Origin: Acidilobaceae archaeon
Lineage (GTDB): Archaea; Thermoproteota; Thermoprotei_A; Sulfolobales; Acidilobaceae
DNA: 50,579 bases
Direction: 5' to 3'
NCBI GenBank assembly: GCA_027034115.1
Contig: JALVJB010000197.1
Coordinates: 1-50,579 of the forward strand
The translations under genes were made by a program, and so were the position numbers. Below, one piece after another: positions 9,148 through 18,417 of this stretch; the stretch's first letter is position 1, and each line of letters begins with the position of its first letter. The notes under the pieces were generated by a model. The model was not told the DNA's origin. It saw nothing but the letters and a program-made list of their open reading frames with translations, and did no database searches.

Positions 9148-9768
9148 TTAAAGCCTGGCTGCCAGCCACTCCGGTTTTTTACTCAAGCAGTAATCGTCAA
9201 GGTCAAGCTCCTCGACGTTTTCCCCTATTACTCTACTAGCCCCCTCATAATCACATATGATGAGTGTAAAGCTCCTCTTACCGTCAATCGCCTCCTCGAG
9301 CCACTTACGGTTCTCCTCGCACCCCTTATCCTCCCTACCCCTACATGCAACATTCAACGCCTCAAGAAAACGGTGCAGGACCCCCTCAACGGTACTAATG
9401 AAGCCTGTACTGGCAGGGCCAGGAATCATCTCGTAGCCCTTCTCAGGGATGGCGAGGTAGGCATAAGCGCTCTTCACGAGCAAATATCGGAGCTCCTTCT
9501 CTCCCTTCACCCTAACCACAATTTTCTTCGGCTTCGTAGTCTCGGCTAGCCTAACGTCACGATAGGTATAGCCGCATTTAGAGCATTTCCCCGTTGAGAT
9601 GAGTATTCGGCCGAAGAAGGGTACCTCGTAAAGGTACTCTCGCAGGTTTAGAGCCTTAGCCCCGCATACGGGGCAAGTAACGATTCCCTCGTAGAGCAGG
9701 ATTGGCTCCTTAATCTCGCCAAAACTCTCTCTAAGCTCTCTTTCTATACCTTCCAAGCCCTCCCTCAT
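9148..9768 (-). CDS. ZPR1-type zinc-finger protein (COG1779)
   Basis: CPVCGAK...VPFFGRILISTGKCSKCGY is the ZPR1 C4 zinc-ribbon pattern. ATG 9768 is preceded by AGGGG; the track ORF extends to GTG 9816. Confidence 0.7.
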   Translation of the reverse strand: MREGLEGIERELRESFGEIKEPILLYEGIVTCPVCGAKALNLREYLYEVPFFGRILISTGKCSKCGYTYRDVRLAETTKPKKIVVRVKGEKELRYLLVKSAYAYLAIPEKGYEMIPGPASTGFISTVEGVLHRFLEALNVACRGREDKGCEENRKWLEEAIDGKRSFTLIICDYEGASRVIGENVEELDLDDYCLSKKPEWLAARL

Positions 9769-9864
9769 ATTAAAACCCCTAATTCCATCTATGGGCTGAT
9801 TTGATTTATATTCCACGGAAACCGGTTCCTTCGTAGAGGTCGCCTCCCGGGGGACGCTTCTGGG

Positions 9865-10125
9865 GTGAACGGTATGGCAAAGATAGATGAAAGAATGATA
9901 CTCTACAATGGGGCCTCTAAGAGTAAGCCGATAACTGCTAAGATCAGTGAAGATGCTTTTAGAAAACTAGAAAAGATCACGAGGGCGTCTGGAATTACAA
10001 GGAGCGCTTTTATCAGGTACGTAATTTTAACTGTATTGGAATTTCTTGACGAGGCGGAATGCGGAAATGGTGACGAGGCGAGAGCCGCGGAGAAGCTCGT
10101 GGCAAGATTAAAGGTTTTTTGTTAA
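9865..10125 (+). CDS. small ribbon-helix-helix (CopG/Arc-like) DNA-binding protein
   Basis: ITAKISEDAFRKLEKITRASGITRSAFIRYVILTVLEF fits the beta-strand/helix/helix pattern of the RHH fold. Confidence 0.5.
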   Translation: MNGMAKIDERMILYNGASKSKPITAKISEDAFRKLEKITRASGITRSAFIRYVILTVLEFLDEAECGNGDEARAAEKLVARLKVFC

Positions 10126-10488
10126 TTAAATATTATTTATATTAAGATTTTTAGCTATATCTATTATGGACCTTGAGAGTTCCCTAATAATGTGATCTTC
10201 TTCTGCTAGTATGCAAGAGTTAATGCACTTCCAGCGCTCTTCTGGTTTCTCATCAATGCACTTCTCGTAGAGGCATTTCCTCTTAAGCTTCCGCCTATCA
10301 ATATAGTAGACAATTATGCTGCCTTGAGCATGGCGGCTTAGTATCCCATCATAGCCGGATAAGCTTATGAGCCGGTCGACTATCCTTGTATCCACTAGGT
10401 TTTTATCGAAAACGAAAGCTTTAAGGCTCGAATTGAATGATTTAACAATTCTCGTAGCTATCTTAACTGGATCGCTCTCTGGGTGCAA
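10126..10488 (-). CDS. hypothetical protein with a C-terminal Cys cluster
   Basis: A 120-aa ORF containing KCLYEKCIDEKPEERWKCINSC. Its 3' end is AT-rich. I recognise no family. Confidence 0.4.
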   Translation of the reverse strand: MHPESDPVKIATRIVKSFNSSLKAFVFDKNLVDTRIVDRLISLSGYDGILSRHAQGSIIVYYIDRRKLKRKCLYEKCIDEKPEERWKCINSCILAEEDHIIRELSRSIIDIAKNLNINNI

Positions 10489-10579
10489 CGATTCAAGCCC
10501 CCGTTAGCACGAGTATCCCTGTTAGTTTTATTAGGCATGCGGATACTTTGAGAATAGAGGCCGATTAGGGGGTTGTGGA

Positions 10580-11008
10580 ATGGCGGATGAAGGCAAGCTA
10601 GTCGACATTGTAACCTTCTCCAGTGTTAGCGACTTCTTCAAGGACCTAGACACCAAGTTAGTAGAGATGAGGAGTAAGCTCGGAGAGCTGCTAAGAAGGC
10701 TAGAAGATGCAAAGGCGAAAGCAGAGGTACTAGTAAGGCTAGAGAGCCTTCTCGCTGAAGCCGCTAGAGGCGCTAAGATCGGTGGTACAGAAATCAGCCT
10801 GGGCTCAGCTAAAGCGATAATCAACCCCACTCCAAAGCAGGAGTTTGACCTCCTAGTAGACGTTGTAAGGAGCCTTCAAAACAGGATTGTAGCTTTAGAG
10901 AGAATAAGGAAAGAAGTGGAGCCGTTATCTAAGCTGGGAGACCTCGAACTAACCCTAGAGGTTGTCTACGAGAACGGGTTGCCGACAAGAATACTAATAA
11001 GAATGTAA
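10580..11008 (+). CDS. hypothetical coiled-coil protein
   Basis: A 142-aa ORF with a GGGGGTTGTGG SD-like element upstream. The N-terminal half has heptad-like charged helices. Confidence 0.45.
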   Translation: MADEGKLVDIVTFSSVSDFFKDLDTKLVEMRSKLGELLRRLEDAKAKAEVLVRLESLLAEAARGAKIGGTEISLGSAKAIINPTPKQEFDLLVDVVRSLQNRIVALERIRKEVEPLSKLGDLELTLEVVYENGLPTRILIRM

Positions 11009-11023
11009 TAAATATAAAATATT

Positions 11024-12241
11024 TTATATTAATTCTATCGCGAGAGCAGCGGCGCCGCCTAACCCGTGGCAGATACTCGCAATACCTCTCTTCCCACCGT
11101 GGCGGAGCAGGACGTTTACTAGTTCCAGGGTAATCCTAGCTCCACTCATTCCCAACGGGTGGCCGATTGCTATCGCTCCGCCATGGACGTTGATTTTCTC
11201 GTAGGGCACGTCGAGGTACTTATGTAGCAGGAAGTTGTTCACTGCAAAGGCCTCATTATTCTCCCAGAAGTCTACTTCACTAGCCCTCCAGCCTAGAGCT
11301 CCAAGAAGTTCCTTTACAGCGACAACTGGCGCGTAGGGGAAGCGCCTCGGGTCAACCCCGCCTACAGACCATCCCCTTATCACGGCGAGCGGTTTGAGAC
11401 CCAACTCCTTAACAGTTTCCTCTGAGGCTACTAGTAAGCTTGCCGCTCCGTCGCTCAGCTGGCTACTCGTTGCAGCCGTATGCGGTCCCTTCTCCGTGAA
11501 TGCTGGCGGTAGCCTGCGTATTTTCTCTAGGCTCGTATCCCACCTTATACCCTCATCCTTCTCCAAGAGCACTCTATCCTTATACTCGAAGGGTTCCACG
11601 AACCTCTTCATGTAACCCTGCTCCCACGCCCTCGCCGCACGCCTATGACTCTCGTAGCCTATCCAGTCAAGCTCCTCTCGGTCTGCACCGTGCTCCCACG
11701 CCGTCTCGTCAGCCTCCTCTCCCATAACCATTCCAAATATTGGATCGTACAGGCCCTCATGGACCATGGCATCCCGGACATCTAGGAAGCCCTTGTAGAC
11801 GAGCTTCACGCCCCACCTGATCCTGCTAGTAATAGTGAAGGGAGCGTTGCTCATGGACTCCATGCCACCAGCGATGGCTAGGCGGAACGCCCCGGACTCG
11901 ATGTACTGGGAGGCATCAATGATAGCTTTCATCCCGCTAGCACAGACCATATCAATAGTAGTCGAGTCGATACCATACGGTATCCCCGCTTTTATCGCCG
12001 CCTGCCTAGCGGTGTCCATCCCAGTACCAGCCCTGATAACATGGCCGAAGAAAATATGGTCTATGGAATCCGGGGAAACTCCTGTTCGCTCCAACAGTTT
12101 CTTAATAGTGAAGGAAGCTAGATCCACTGCAGGTACGTCTTTCAGGCTTCTGCCAAACTTGCCTACGGGAGTCCTAACGCCGTCAACAATATAGACGGGC
12201 TTGCGTAGAACGTGGGCCTTAGCCCCCTCATTGGACACCAT
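11024..12241 (-). CDS. acetyl-CoA C-acetyltransferase (thiolase II)
   Basis: The active-site Cys region reads TIDMVCASGMKAI. The C-terminus carries NVHGGAIAIGHPLGMSGARI and CHGLGGAAALAIE. Confidence 0.9.
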   Translation of the reverse strand: MVSNEGAKAHVLRKPVYIVDGVRTPVGKFGRSLKDVPAVDLASFTIKKLLERTGVSPDSIDHIFFGHVIRAGTGMDTARQAAIKAGIPYGIDSTTIDMVCASGMKAIIDASQYIESGAFRLAIAGGMESMSNAPFTITSRIRWGVKLVYKGFLDVRDAMVHEGLYDPIFGMVMGEEADETAWEHGADREELDWIGYESHRRAARAWEQGYMKRFVEPFEYKDRVLLEKDEGIRWDTSLEKIRRLPPAFTEKGPHTAATSSQLSDGAASLLVASEETVKELGLKPLAVIRGWSVGGVDPRRFPYAPVVAVKELLGALGWRASEVDFWENNEAFAVNNFLLHKYLDVPYEKINVHGGAIAIGHPLGMSGARITLELVNVLLRHGGKRGIASICHGLGGAAALAIELI

Positions 12242-12441
12242 TTAAACACCAGTACTACGACATTCCCGCAGGGCATAATTAGCACTGAGACATAACACAA
12301 TATATGCTAGCTGTCTCCGAAACAGTATACTCTTCTCTCGCTTCAGAGAGCCAAAGGAAAGAAACGTCAGCGACTTATCACCCCTATTTCCACGGTATTA
12401 ATCTCACGTGGGAGTGAATTCGCTAGCCGAGGCGAAACAAT

Positions 12442-12981
12442 ATGCGATTGTTTAAAAAGAATGATCAAAGAAAGTTTAACTGTCAAATAAATGAAAATTT
12501 AGAGAAAATAATAAACTATTATATGGCAAAGAAGAATTTATCCTTTAATGACGCCGTAAACGAGTTAATAGAAAAAGGATACAATTATTGGTTATTAGAG
12601 CAAAAATATAAAGATAAAGTAAACTCCGAGGAGGTTTGGAGTAGTTCTTACAGGCTTCTGAGAGTTGAGGCTGGCTTCCTATATTACAGGCTGAGAACTA
12701 GGGAGTTAGTAGAGGAGTTGAAAAATATCGTTTTTATTTTAAGTGGGGTTATTGCTGATTTAGAGTCATGTTATGAAGCTCTGAAAAGATATGAAAAAGT
12801 AAGAATAAATACAGATAAATTAAAAAGGTATAGAGAGGAGTTAAATAAATATTTAAAGAGCTATGTTTTTAGCAATTATAGAGAGTTAGAAGAAGCAGAA
12901 TCTAGATATATTGATAACTGGGATGAATTTATAAAAAAATTAGAAAAATTAATTAAAAAAGTTAAAAATCAACGCAGCTAA
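12442..12981 (+). CDS. hypothetical protein: RHH-like N-terminus plus coiled-coil tail, in a low-GC islet
   Basis: A 179-aa ORF. KFNCQINENLEKIINYYMAKKNLSFNDAVNELIEKG resembles an RHH motif and the remainder is K/E/L-rich coiled coil. G+C is far below that of the neighbouring genes. Confidence 0.5.
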   Translation: MRLFKKNDQRKFNCQINENLEKIINYYMAKKNLSFNDAVNELIEKGYNYWLLEQKYKDKVNSEEVWSSSYRLLRVEAGFLYYRLRTRELVEELKNIVFILSGVIADLESCYEALKRYEKVRINTDKLKRYREELNKYLKSYVFSNYRELEEAESRYIDNWDEFIKKLEKLIKKVKNQRS

Positions 12982-13017
12982 ACCTAAACATTAGATTAGG
13001 AATATTATTTAGGAGTG

Positions 13018-13119
13018 TGGCGGGCCCGCCGGGATTTGAACCCGGGACCGCCGGCTTCTCCCGCGCAGGCAGTGCACGCTTAGAAGGCCGGCGCTCTGTC
13101 CTGGCTGAGCTACGGGCCC
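13018..13119 (-). tRNA. tRNA-Arg (anticodon UCU) with a 24-nt intron at the canonical 37/38 position; CCA encoded
   Basis: The reverse complement folds as GGGCCCG/UA/GCUC-loop-GAGC/G/CCGGC-CUUCUA[intron]A-GCCGG/CGGUC/CCGGG-UUCAAAU-CCCGG/CGGGCCC/G/CCA. The intron is 13057-13080 on the plus strand. Confidence 0.85.
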
Positions 13120-13510
13120 GCTGCCTGCCATGAGGTTAAAACAGAGGGGTGAGGGTTTATGAGTCTTCCCTGTTTTCGGGAACCGTGTTTGAAGTGTAGT
13201 TGAGTATTGGCTATTGTTTGAGTAGGCTTGTAATGGATTGTATTACCATTCTATTTTAATGCTGCACGTGTTTGCGTTTAGATTAAGATAGCGTTTTTTA
13301 CAGTGTTTAATACATACTTCATTTTATTGTTTTTTATTAATTCAAAATCAGTGGTAATTTATAGGGCTAAGATATAGAATATAATTCTTCGGTAGCTTCG
13401 CTAAGAGTTTGGTATGTCGCTTGGGTACTTGTATATCACGTAATGCTTATATCAACTCTCTCGGAACTTCTAGTAAATCGAGAGAGGCGAAGGATAGGAG
13501 GTGGATGTGA

Positions 13511-13678
13511 ATGCCGGAGAAGTTGAAGTTCTTCGATATCGTGGCGAAGAAGCCCTTCGAGACCGACCAGTACACCGTTGAGATAAGGACGACTAAGAAG
13601 GGCAGGAAGGTGAAGATAGCCTTCGCAATAAGCCCCTACACAGGCAAGAAAATCGCCAGAATACTAGGCCCAGCCTAG
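13511..13678 (+). CDS. small basic protein (55 aa), Cren7/CC1-like candidate chromatin protein
   Basis: This ORF is not in the supplied track because it is under 60 aa. ATG 13511 is preceded by GGAGGTG. The product is MPEKLKFFDIVAKKPFETDQYTVEIRTTKKGRKVKIAFAISPYTGKKIARILGPA. Its KKGRKVKIAFAISPYTGKK segment resembles the Cren7 segment [19 protein letters not shown]. Oligo-T tracts follow the stop. Confidence 0.5.
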   Translation: MPEKLKFFDIVAKKPFETDQYTVEIRTTKKGRKVKIAFAISPYTGKKIARILGPA

Positions 13679-13696
13679 ACAACTAATAACCATTCA

Positions 13697-13717
13697 TTTT
13701 TCTCTTATAATGTTTTT
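13697..13717 (+). terminator. oligo-T terminator candidates after the small basic ORF
   Basis: Two T5 tracts (13697-13701 and 13713-13717) lie within 40 nt of the stop codon, which is the usual form of archaeal intrinsic termination signals. Confidence 0.35.
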
Positions 13718-13732
13718 ATCCGTTATTTACTG

Positions 13733-14335
13733 GTGGAGTTCTTGTGTGCAAGGAGACTAGCCTGTCTGACTGGTATAACCGCAGTAGTCATAGCTTGGCT
13801 TGTAATAGGGACCTCATGGTACCTGAACAGAAACTGGTTCGTATTCACAAGAGATGCTTTTAGTGATCTGGGAGGAGAGCGTAGTTGTTGCCCGGGCTTG
13901 TACAATTATGGCTTGATTTTAACCGGGCTATTTATTTTAGCATATAGTTCTTGCCTCTATTATCTTGCTAAGATCAAGCTTGAAGTTTTAGGAGCCGGCT
14001 ACGTGGGGCTTGCCGGTGTTTTCCTAGGGCTCATAGGGATCTTCCCGGAGGGGACGAGGCCCCACGTGTTCGTCTCGACGTGGTTCTTCGTGCAGATGGA
14101 TCTCGGCTTGGTACTCCAATCTATTGGCTTTTACATTAGAACTCGGAAATGGGAGGGGTTTTGGAGCGCGGTGTTGTCTCTCCTGGCTTTCCCAGTAGCG
14201 ATCCTGGTAGGGCTGACTGTTGGGTGGCCTAGCGCTGCTGTGCTGGAGGCCTATGGAGTAATAGTTATTGATGCGATCGTGCTTTTGCTTTCTAGGGGCT
14301 ATATGCTGGAGGCTAGGGGTATATGCGGTCCCTGA
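13733..14335 (+). CDS. polytopic membrane protein, DUF998-like
   Basis: About six predicted hydrophobic helices and an FSDLG motif after the first helix, as in DUF998 proteins. The 3' end overlaps the convergent asnS by 23 nt. Confidence 0.45.
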   Translation: MEFLCARRLACLTGITAVVIAWLVIGTSWYLNRNWFVFTRDAFSDLGGERSCCPGLYNYGLILTGLFILAYSSCLYYLAKIKLEVLGAGYVGLAGVFLGLIGIFPEGTRPHVFVSTWFFVQMDLGLVLQSIGFYIRTRKWEGFWSAVLSLLAFPVAILVGLTVGWPSAAVLEAYGVIVIDAIVLLLSRGYMLEARGICGP

Positions 14336-15614
14336 ATCGGGGGAAGGGTATGCTGTCTCGTATATGGTCGAGGCCTGCTACCCACATTATATAACGGTCT
14401 ACTCCGAGGCCGAAGCCGCTGTGCCTAACGCTACCGTACCTTCTAAGGTCAAGGTACCACTTGTAGTCCTCCGGGTTGAGCCCTCTATCCTTGATCTGCT
14501 GGAGGAGGGCGTTATAGTCCTCCTGCCTCTCGCTACCACCCACAATCTCCCCTATACCCTCGGGTGCTAGGAGGTCGAATGCAAGTGCCTCCCGGGGGTT
14601 CTGGGGGTCGGGTTTCATGTAGAAACTCTTCAACTCTAATGGGAAGTGTGTTATGAAGAAGGGGGTATCATAATCTTCCGTCAGTAGGCGCTCTTCATCG
14701 GCCCCTATATCGTCCCCGTACTCTATTGATAAACCCTTCTCCCGCAGCCTCCTTATCGCCTCCTCGTAGCGTATTCTAGGATAGCCGGGTTTCCTGGAGG
14801 CTTCCAGCATCTCGGTGTCCCTCTTGAGTAGGCTCAGTTCCTCCAGCCTCTCCTCCAGGATTCTCCTAGTGGTGTATGCTACTAGTTCCTCGACTAGCCT
14901 CATCTCCTCTTCCATCCCGGCCCAGGCCTCCTCAGCTTCAAGGTGCCAGTACTCGTAGAGGTGCCTCCTCGTCCTGCTCCTCTCTGCCCTGAAGCTTGGC
15001 GCCAGGGTCCATACCTTCTCGAGGCTGAAAATCAGGGCTTCAAGGTAGAACTGGCTGCTCTGGGTGAGATAAGCTGGTCTTCCAAAGAAGTCTACTTTGA
15101 ATAGTGTAGCGCCTCCCTCAACGGCGGCTTGAGTTAGCATTGGGGGGCTGACTTCCCAGAAGCCTCGGGCTTCGAAGAACTCCCGGAAGGCCTTCAGGGC
15201 GGTGTGCCTTATTCGCCACACGGCGGTAAGCTTCCTGCTCCGTATCCATAGGTGCCTGTTATCTAAGAGATAGTCAATCCCCTCTCCACCCTTAATGGGG
15301 AAGTCTTCGGCTAACCCTACTATCTCGAGCTTCCGAAGCCTCAGCTCAGCGCCTCCAGGAGCTCTCGGATCACGGGCTACAACACCTTCAGCTATGATAC
15401 TGGACTCAATTGTAGCCTCTCGGGCTGCCTCAACGTATTCCCTCGGCGTGAACGCCGGGTCGGCTACTAGTTGAAGGATGCCCTCGGAGTCTCTTAGCAC
15501 AATAAAGACTTTCTTGCCCAGATCCCTATGCCGGTAGACCCACCCCCTAACTCTTGCAGGCGAGCCGGGCTCCAGCGCCTTCACGGACCTAGTCGACACT
15601 ACGCCGCTGTTCAA
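14313..15614 (-). CDS. asnS: asparaginyl-tRNA synthetase
   Basis: It aligns closely with archaeal AsnRS at APGGAELRLRKLEIV, FRAERSRTRRHLYEYWHLEAE, GADEERLLTE and YLDLRRYGSVRHSGFGLGVDR...FPR. The start is TTG and uncertain. Confidence 0.85.
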   Translation of the reverse strand: MNSGVVSTRSVKALEPGSPARVRGWVYRHRDLGKKVFIVLRDSEGILQLVADPAFTPREYVEAAREATIESSIIAEGVVARDPRAPGGAELRLRKLEIVGLAEDFPIKGGEGIDYLLDNRHLWIRSRKLTAVWRIRHTALKAFREFFEARGFWEVSPPMLTQAAVEGGATLFKVDFFGRPAYLTQSSQFYLEALIFSLEKVWTLAPSFRAERSRTRRHLYEYWHLEAEEAWAGMEEEMRLVEELVAYTTRRILEERLEELSLLKRDTEMLEASRKPGYPRIRYEEAIRRLREKGLSIEYGDDIGADEERLLTEDYDTPFFITHFPLELKSFYMKPDPQNPREALAFDLLAPEGIGEIVGGSERQEDYNALLQQIKDRGLNPEDYKWYLDLRRYGSVRHSGFGLGVDRYIMWVAGLDHIRDSIPFPRFRDRIYP

Positions 15615-15642
15615 CTCTCCGTTATCCCCCGGGAAACCGGTT

Positions 15643-17820
15643 GTGAGGGACTACACCGATATTATATTATCGAGGAGAGTCGAGGGTCCCCCACGGGGGG
15701 AGCTATTGGCCCACGACTACGCATCAATCAACGTGTTCTTCTACCCCGAGACGGTGGCCCTAATAGGCGCCTCCGGTAAGCCCGGTGCCTTTAGCCACGA
15801 GATGCTCCGTAACCTGGCAACCCGATTCAAGGGAAAAGTCTACGCCGTAAACCCGAAGTACAAAGAGATACTGGGAGTCCCCAGTTATCCCAGCATACTA
15901 GACATACCCGACCCCGTTGACCTAGCCGTAATCGCTGTTAGAGCCCAGAGGGTCCCCCAGGCCCTCGAGGAGGCTGGTAGGAAGGGAGTGCGAGGAGCCA
16001 TCATAGTTGCTGGAGGCTTCGCGGAGACGGGCGAAGAGGGCAAGAGGCTCCAGGAAGCCATAGTTAGCATCGCTAAGCGTTACGGCGTGAGAATAGTTGG
16101 CCCCAACTGTATAGGCGTCTACAATGCTGTAAACGGCTTGGACACATTCTTCCTCCCTCCAGAGAAAATGCGGAGGCCTCCCAAGGGCTACATCGCCGTG
16201 GTGAGCCAGAGCGGCGCCTACCTCACTACCATGATGGACTGGTTGTCGAGCGAAGGAGTAGGTATAGTCAAAGCGATTAACATAGGAAACAAGGCCGACG
16301 TCGACGAGGCCGAGATCATAGGCTACTACGCCAGCCAGGAATACGTCCGCGCTATAATGGTCTACATGGAGGGAGTAAGCCCAGGAAGGGGGAGAGCCCT
16401 AGTTGAAGCAGTACGCCGAGCGAGAGACAACGGTAAAAAACTCGTAGTACTCAAAGGCGGAAAAACCTCCTACGGCGCCAGAGCCGCGAAGAGCCATACA
16501 GCCGCTCTAGCAGGAGACTACGCGGTGTTCTCCTCCATACTCCGGGAAGCTGGCGCGGTCGTCGCAGAGACCCCGACAGAGTTCGTAGACATAGCCAAGG
16601 CCCTATCCTTCATGGGACACCTAGAGCCCCGTGGGAGAAGAGTCCTAGTCGTAACCAATGCTGGGGGGCCAGGAGTCCTAGCAACCGACGAGTTAAGCCG
16701 TAGAGGACTAGCCCTACCCCAGACGCCCCGAGACGCCGTAGAGGAATTAAGCAAGCTCCTTCCTCCAATCGTTGCACTAGGAAACCCAGTAGACCTAACC
16801 GGCCAGGCATCAGACGAAGACTACCAGCTAGTCCTAGAAAAACTAGCAGGGAGGAGCGAGTTCGACTCGCTCCTAGTAATAGCTCCAGTACAGCCCGCAA
16901 CAATGACCATTAGAGTAGCCGACATAATAGCCGACACGGTTTGGCGCGTTAAGAAGCCAGCCACAGTCATGACCATAGGAGCCGACTACGGGGAACTCGT
17001 AAAAGAATACCTAGACTCCAGAGGTATACCCGCCTACCCCCTCCCCGACAGAGCAGCATATAGCCTATGGGCCCTCATGGAAGCCTCAAAACCCCTATGC
17101 AACATGGCAAAGCCGAGTAACCCTCCAGGCATGGCAGTAGAGCTAGTCGAGAAGGCCCTAAAAGAGGGCAGGAACAAGCTACTCGAGCACGAGGCATTAG
17201 AACTACTGGAGCACTATGAAGTCCCAGTAGCCCCCTACTGCCTTGCAAAAACTCCGGACGAAGCATCTGCATGCGCTGAGAAAATAGCCTCCAACAGGCT
17301 TGTCGCCAAGATCGTTTCTCCAGATATAATACATAAGAGCGACGTCGGAGGAGTCCTGCTGGGAGTAGATCCCGCGAAAGCCCGCGAGGCTTACGATACG
17401 GTTATTCGGAGAGCTAGGGCCCACGCCCCGGATGCCAGAATAGTAGGCGTCCTATTCCAAGCCGAGGCTCCCAAAGGTGTCGAGGTGATCGTTGGTAGTA
17501 GAAGGGACGAGGGCTTCGGGCCCATAGTAGTCTACGGGATGGGAGGCATTCTCGTGGAGCTCCTCAGGGACTTCTCAATAGGTCTCGCCCCAACGAGTAG
17601 GTGCCGAGCCCTGGAGATGATAAGGGAGACAAAATCTAGCAAGCTCTTAGAAGGGTATAGGGGCTCCGAGAGGAAAGATATTGACTCCTTAGCTGAAGCT
17701 ATCACGCGGATATCGAGGATCACCGCTGAAATCGATAGTGTTAAGGAGGTGGATGTAAACCCGATAATGGTTTACGAGAAGGGGGTCTTAGCAGTTGACG
17801 CGAGAGTGATTATTGCCTAG
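15643..17820 (+). CDS. acd: ADP-forming acetyl/acyl-CoA synthetase, fused alpha-beta (NDP-forming family)
   Basis: It has a CoA-binding N-terminus (FFYPETVALIGAS), a succinyl-CoA-synthetase-like flavodoxin domain with SHTAALAG, and a C-terminal ATP-grasp domain (AKIVSPDIIHKSDVGGV). The product is 725 aa. Confidence 0.85.
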   Translation: MRDYTDIILSRRVEGPPRGELLAHDYASINVFFYPETVALIGASGKPGAFSHEMLRNLATRFKGKVYAVNPKYKEILGVPSYPSILDIPDPVDLAVIAVRAQRVPQALEEAGRKGVRGAIIVAGGFAETGEEGKRLQEAIVSIAKRYGVRIVGPNCIGVYNAVNGLDTFFLPPEKMRRPPKGYIAVVSQSGAYLTTMMDWLSSEGVGIVKAINIGNKADVDEAEIIGYYASQEYVRAIMVYMEGVSPGRGRALVEAVRRARDNGKKLVVLKGGKTSYGARAAKSHTAALAGDYAVFSSILREAGAVVAETPTEFVDIAKALSFMGHLEPRGRRVLVVTNAGGPGVLATDELSRRGLALPQTPRDAVEELSKLLPPIVALGNPVDLTGQASDEDYQLVLEKLAGRSEFDSLLVIAPVQPATMTIRVADIIADTVWRVKKPATVMTIGADYGELVKEYLDSRGIPAYPLPDRAAYSLWALMEASKPLCNMAKPSNPPGMAVELVEKALKEGRNKLLEHEALELLEHYEVPVAPYCLAKTPDEASACAEKIASNRLVAKIVSPDIIHKSDVGGVLLGVDPAKAREAYDTVIRRARAHAPDARIVGVLFQAEAPKGVEVIVGSRRDEGFGPIVVYGMGGILVELLRDFSIGLAPTSRCRALEMIRETKSSKLLEGYRGSERKDIDSLAEAITRISRITAEIDSVKEVDVNPIMVYEKGVLAVDARVIIA

Positions 17821-18406
17821 CCTTTAATCCGTCCTCGTAGCCAGCGCGGAACACCTTTATGTTAGCCTCCGGGTTCCTCACTTTTTGGCGAATGGTTTCC
17901 TCGATAGAGGGCGCGTCTACGTACCCGCCGTAGCCGTTGACCGCTAGGCCATAGCCTAGGAGGTACATGTTAGCGCCTTGGGGATTGCCCAGTTCTTCAG
18001 CCTTCTCAACGGCATTAGTCTTAAAGACCCTAATACCGGCTTCTCCCAGAGCCTTATAGACCTCTTCGAGGCTTGGCATTTCCACGTTCGGGAGAGGCGG
18101 TCTTAGCAGCCTGGAGTCCACAATTGCAGGGGCTCCCTTAGCAAGGTAGTTGGCGTAGCGGAGAGCCTCAGTAGCCTCTAGGGCTATTAAGAGGTCGGCT
18201 TTACCCTCCATTATTAAGGGAGCTTCGGCCTCTCCTAGCCGCACATGCACTATTACGGTTCCACCTCTCTGGCTTAGCCCGTGGGTTTCCGCTACGATAG
18301 CGTTATGGTCCTTCGCGACGGCGGCGCTTGCCAGAACGTTTGCCATGGTGATTATTCCTTGCCCGCCGACACCTACTATTACAAGGTTGAATGGTTTCTC
18401 ACTCAT
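17810..18406 (-). CDS. iorB: indolepyruvate:ferredoxin oxidoreductase beta subunit
   Basis: NLVIVGVGGQGIITMANVL and the AETHGLSQRGG motif of the POR-gamma/IorB family. It lies directly downstream of iorA. Confidence 0.85.
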   Translation of the reverse strand: MSEKPFNLVIVGVGGQGIITMANVLASAAVAKDHNAIVAETHGLSQRGGTVIVHVRLGEAEAPLIMEGKADLLIALEATEALRYANYLAKGAPAIVDSRLLRPPLPNVEMPSLEEVYKALGEAGIRVFKTNAVEKAEELGNPQGANMYLLGYGLAVNGYGGYVDAPSIEETIRQKVRNPEANIKVFRAGYEDGLKARQ

Positions 18407-18417
18407 TGCTCGTCACC

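Noticed and set aside
9865-10488. The RHH protein and its adjacent small ORF could be a toxin-antitoxin pair.
   Set aside because: The two genes are convergent (their stop codons abut at 10125/10126) rather than co-transcribed. The partner shows no recognisable toxin motif such as PIN, RelE or MazF.
13134-13150. GGTTAAAACAGAGGGGT resembles an origin recognition box (ORB ...GGAAACGGAGGGGT), and it sits next to a 390-bp AT-rich spacer, so this could be a replication origin.
   Set aside because: There is only one copy and no inverted partner on the other side of the AT-rich stretch. No orc1/cdc6 or whiP gene is nearby. The match (13 of 17) is to a consensus recalled from memory.
16518-16903. 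Antisense and alternative-frame ORFs inside GC-rich genes, for example 16518..16754, 16610..16903, 15885..16070, 17075..17424, 19125..19334, 22504..22962, 23714..24127, 26877..27284 and 38334..38728.
   Set aside because: Each lies wholly within a longer ORF that has clear family motifs. Their products are low-complexity Ser/Arg/Pro/Leu-rich peptides, as expected from stop-poor GC-rich DNA.
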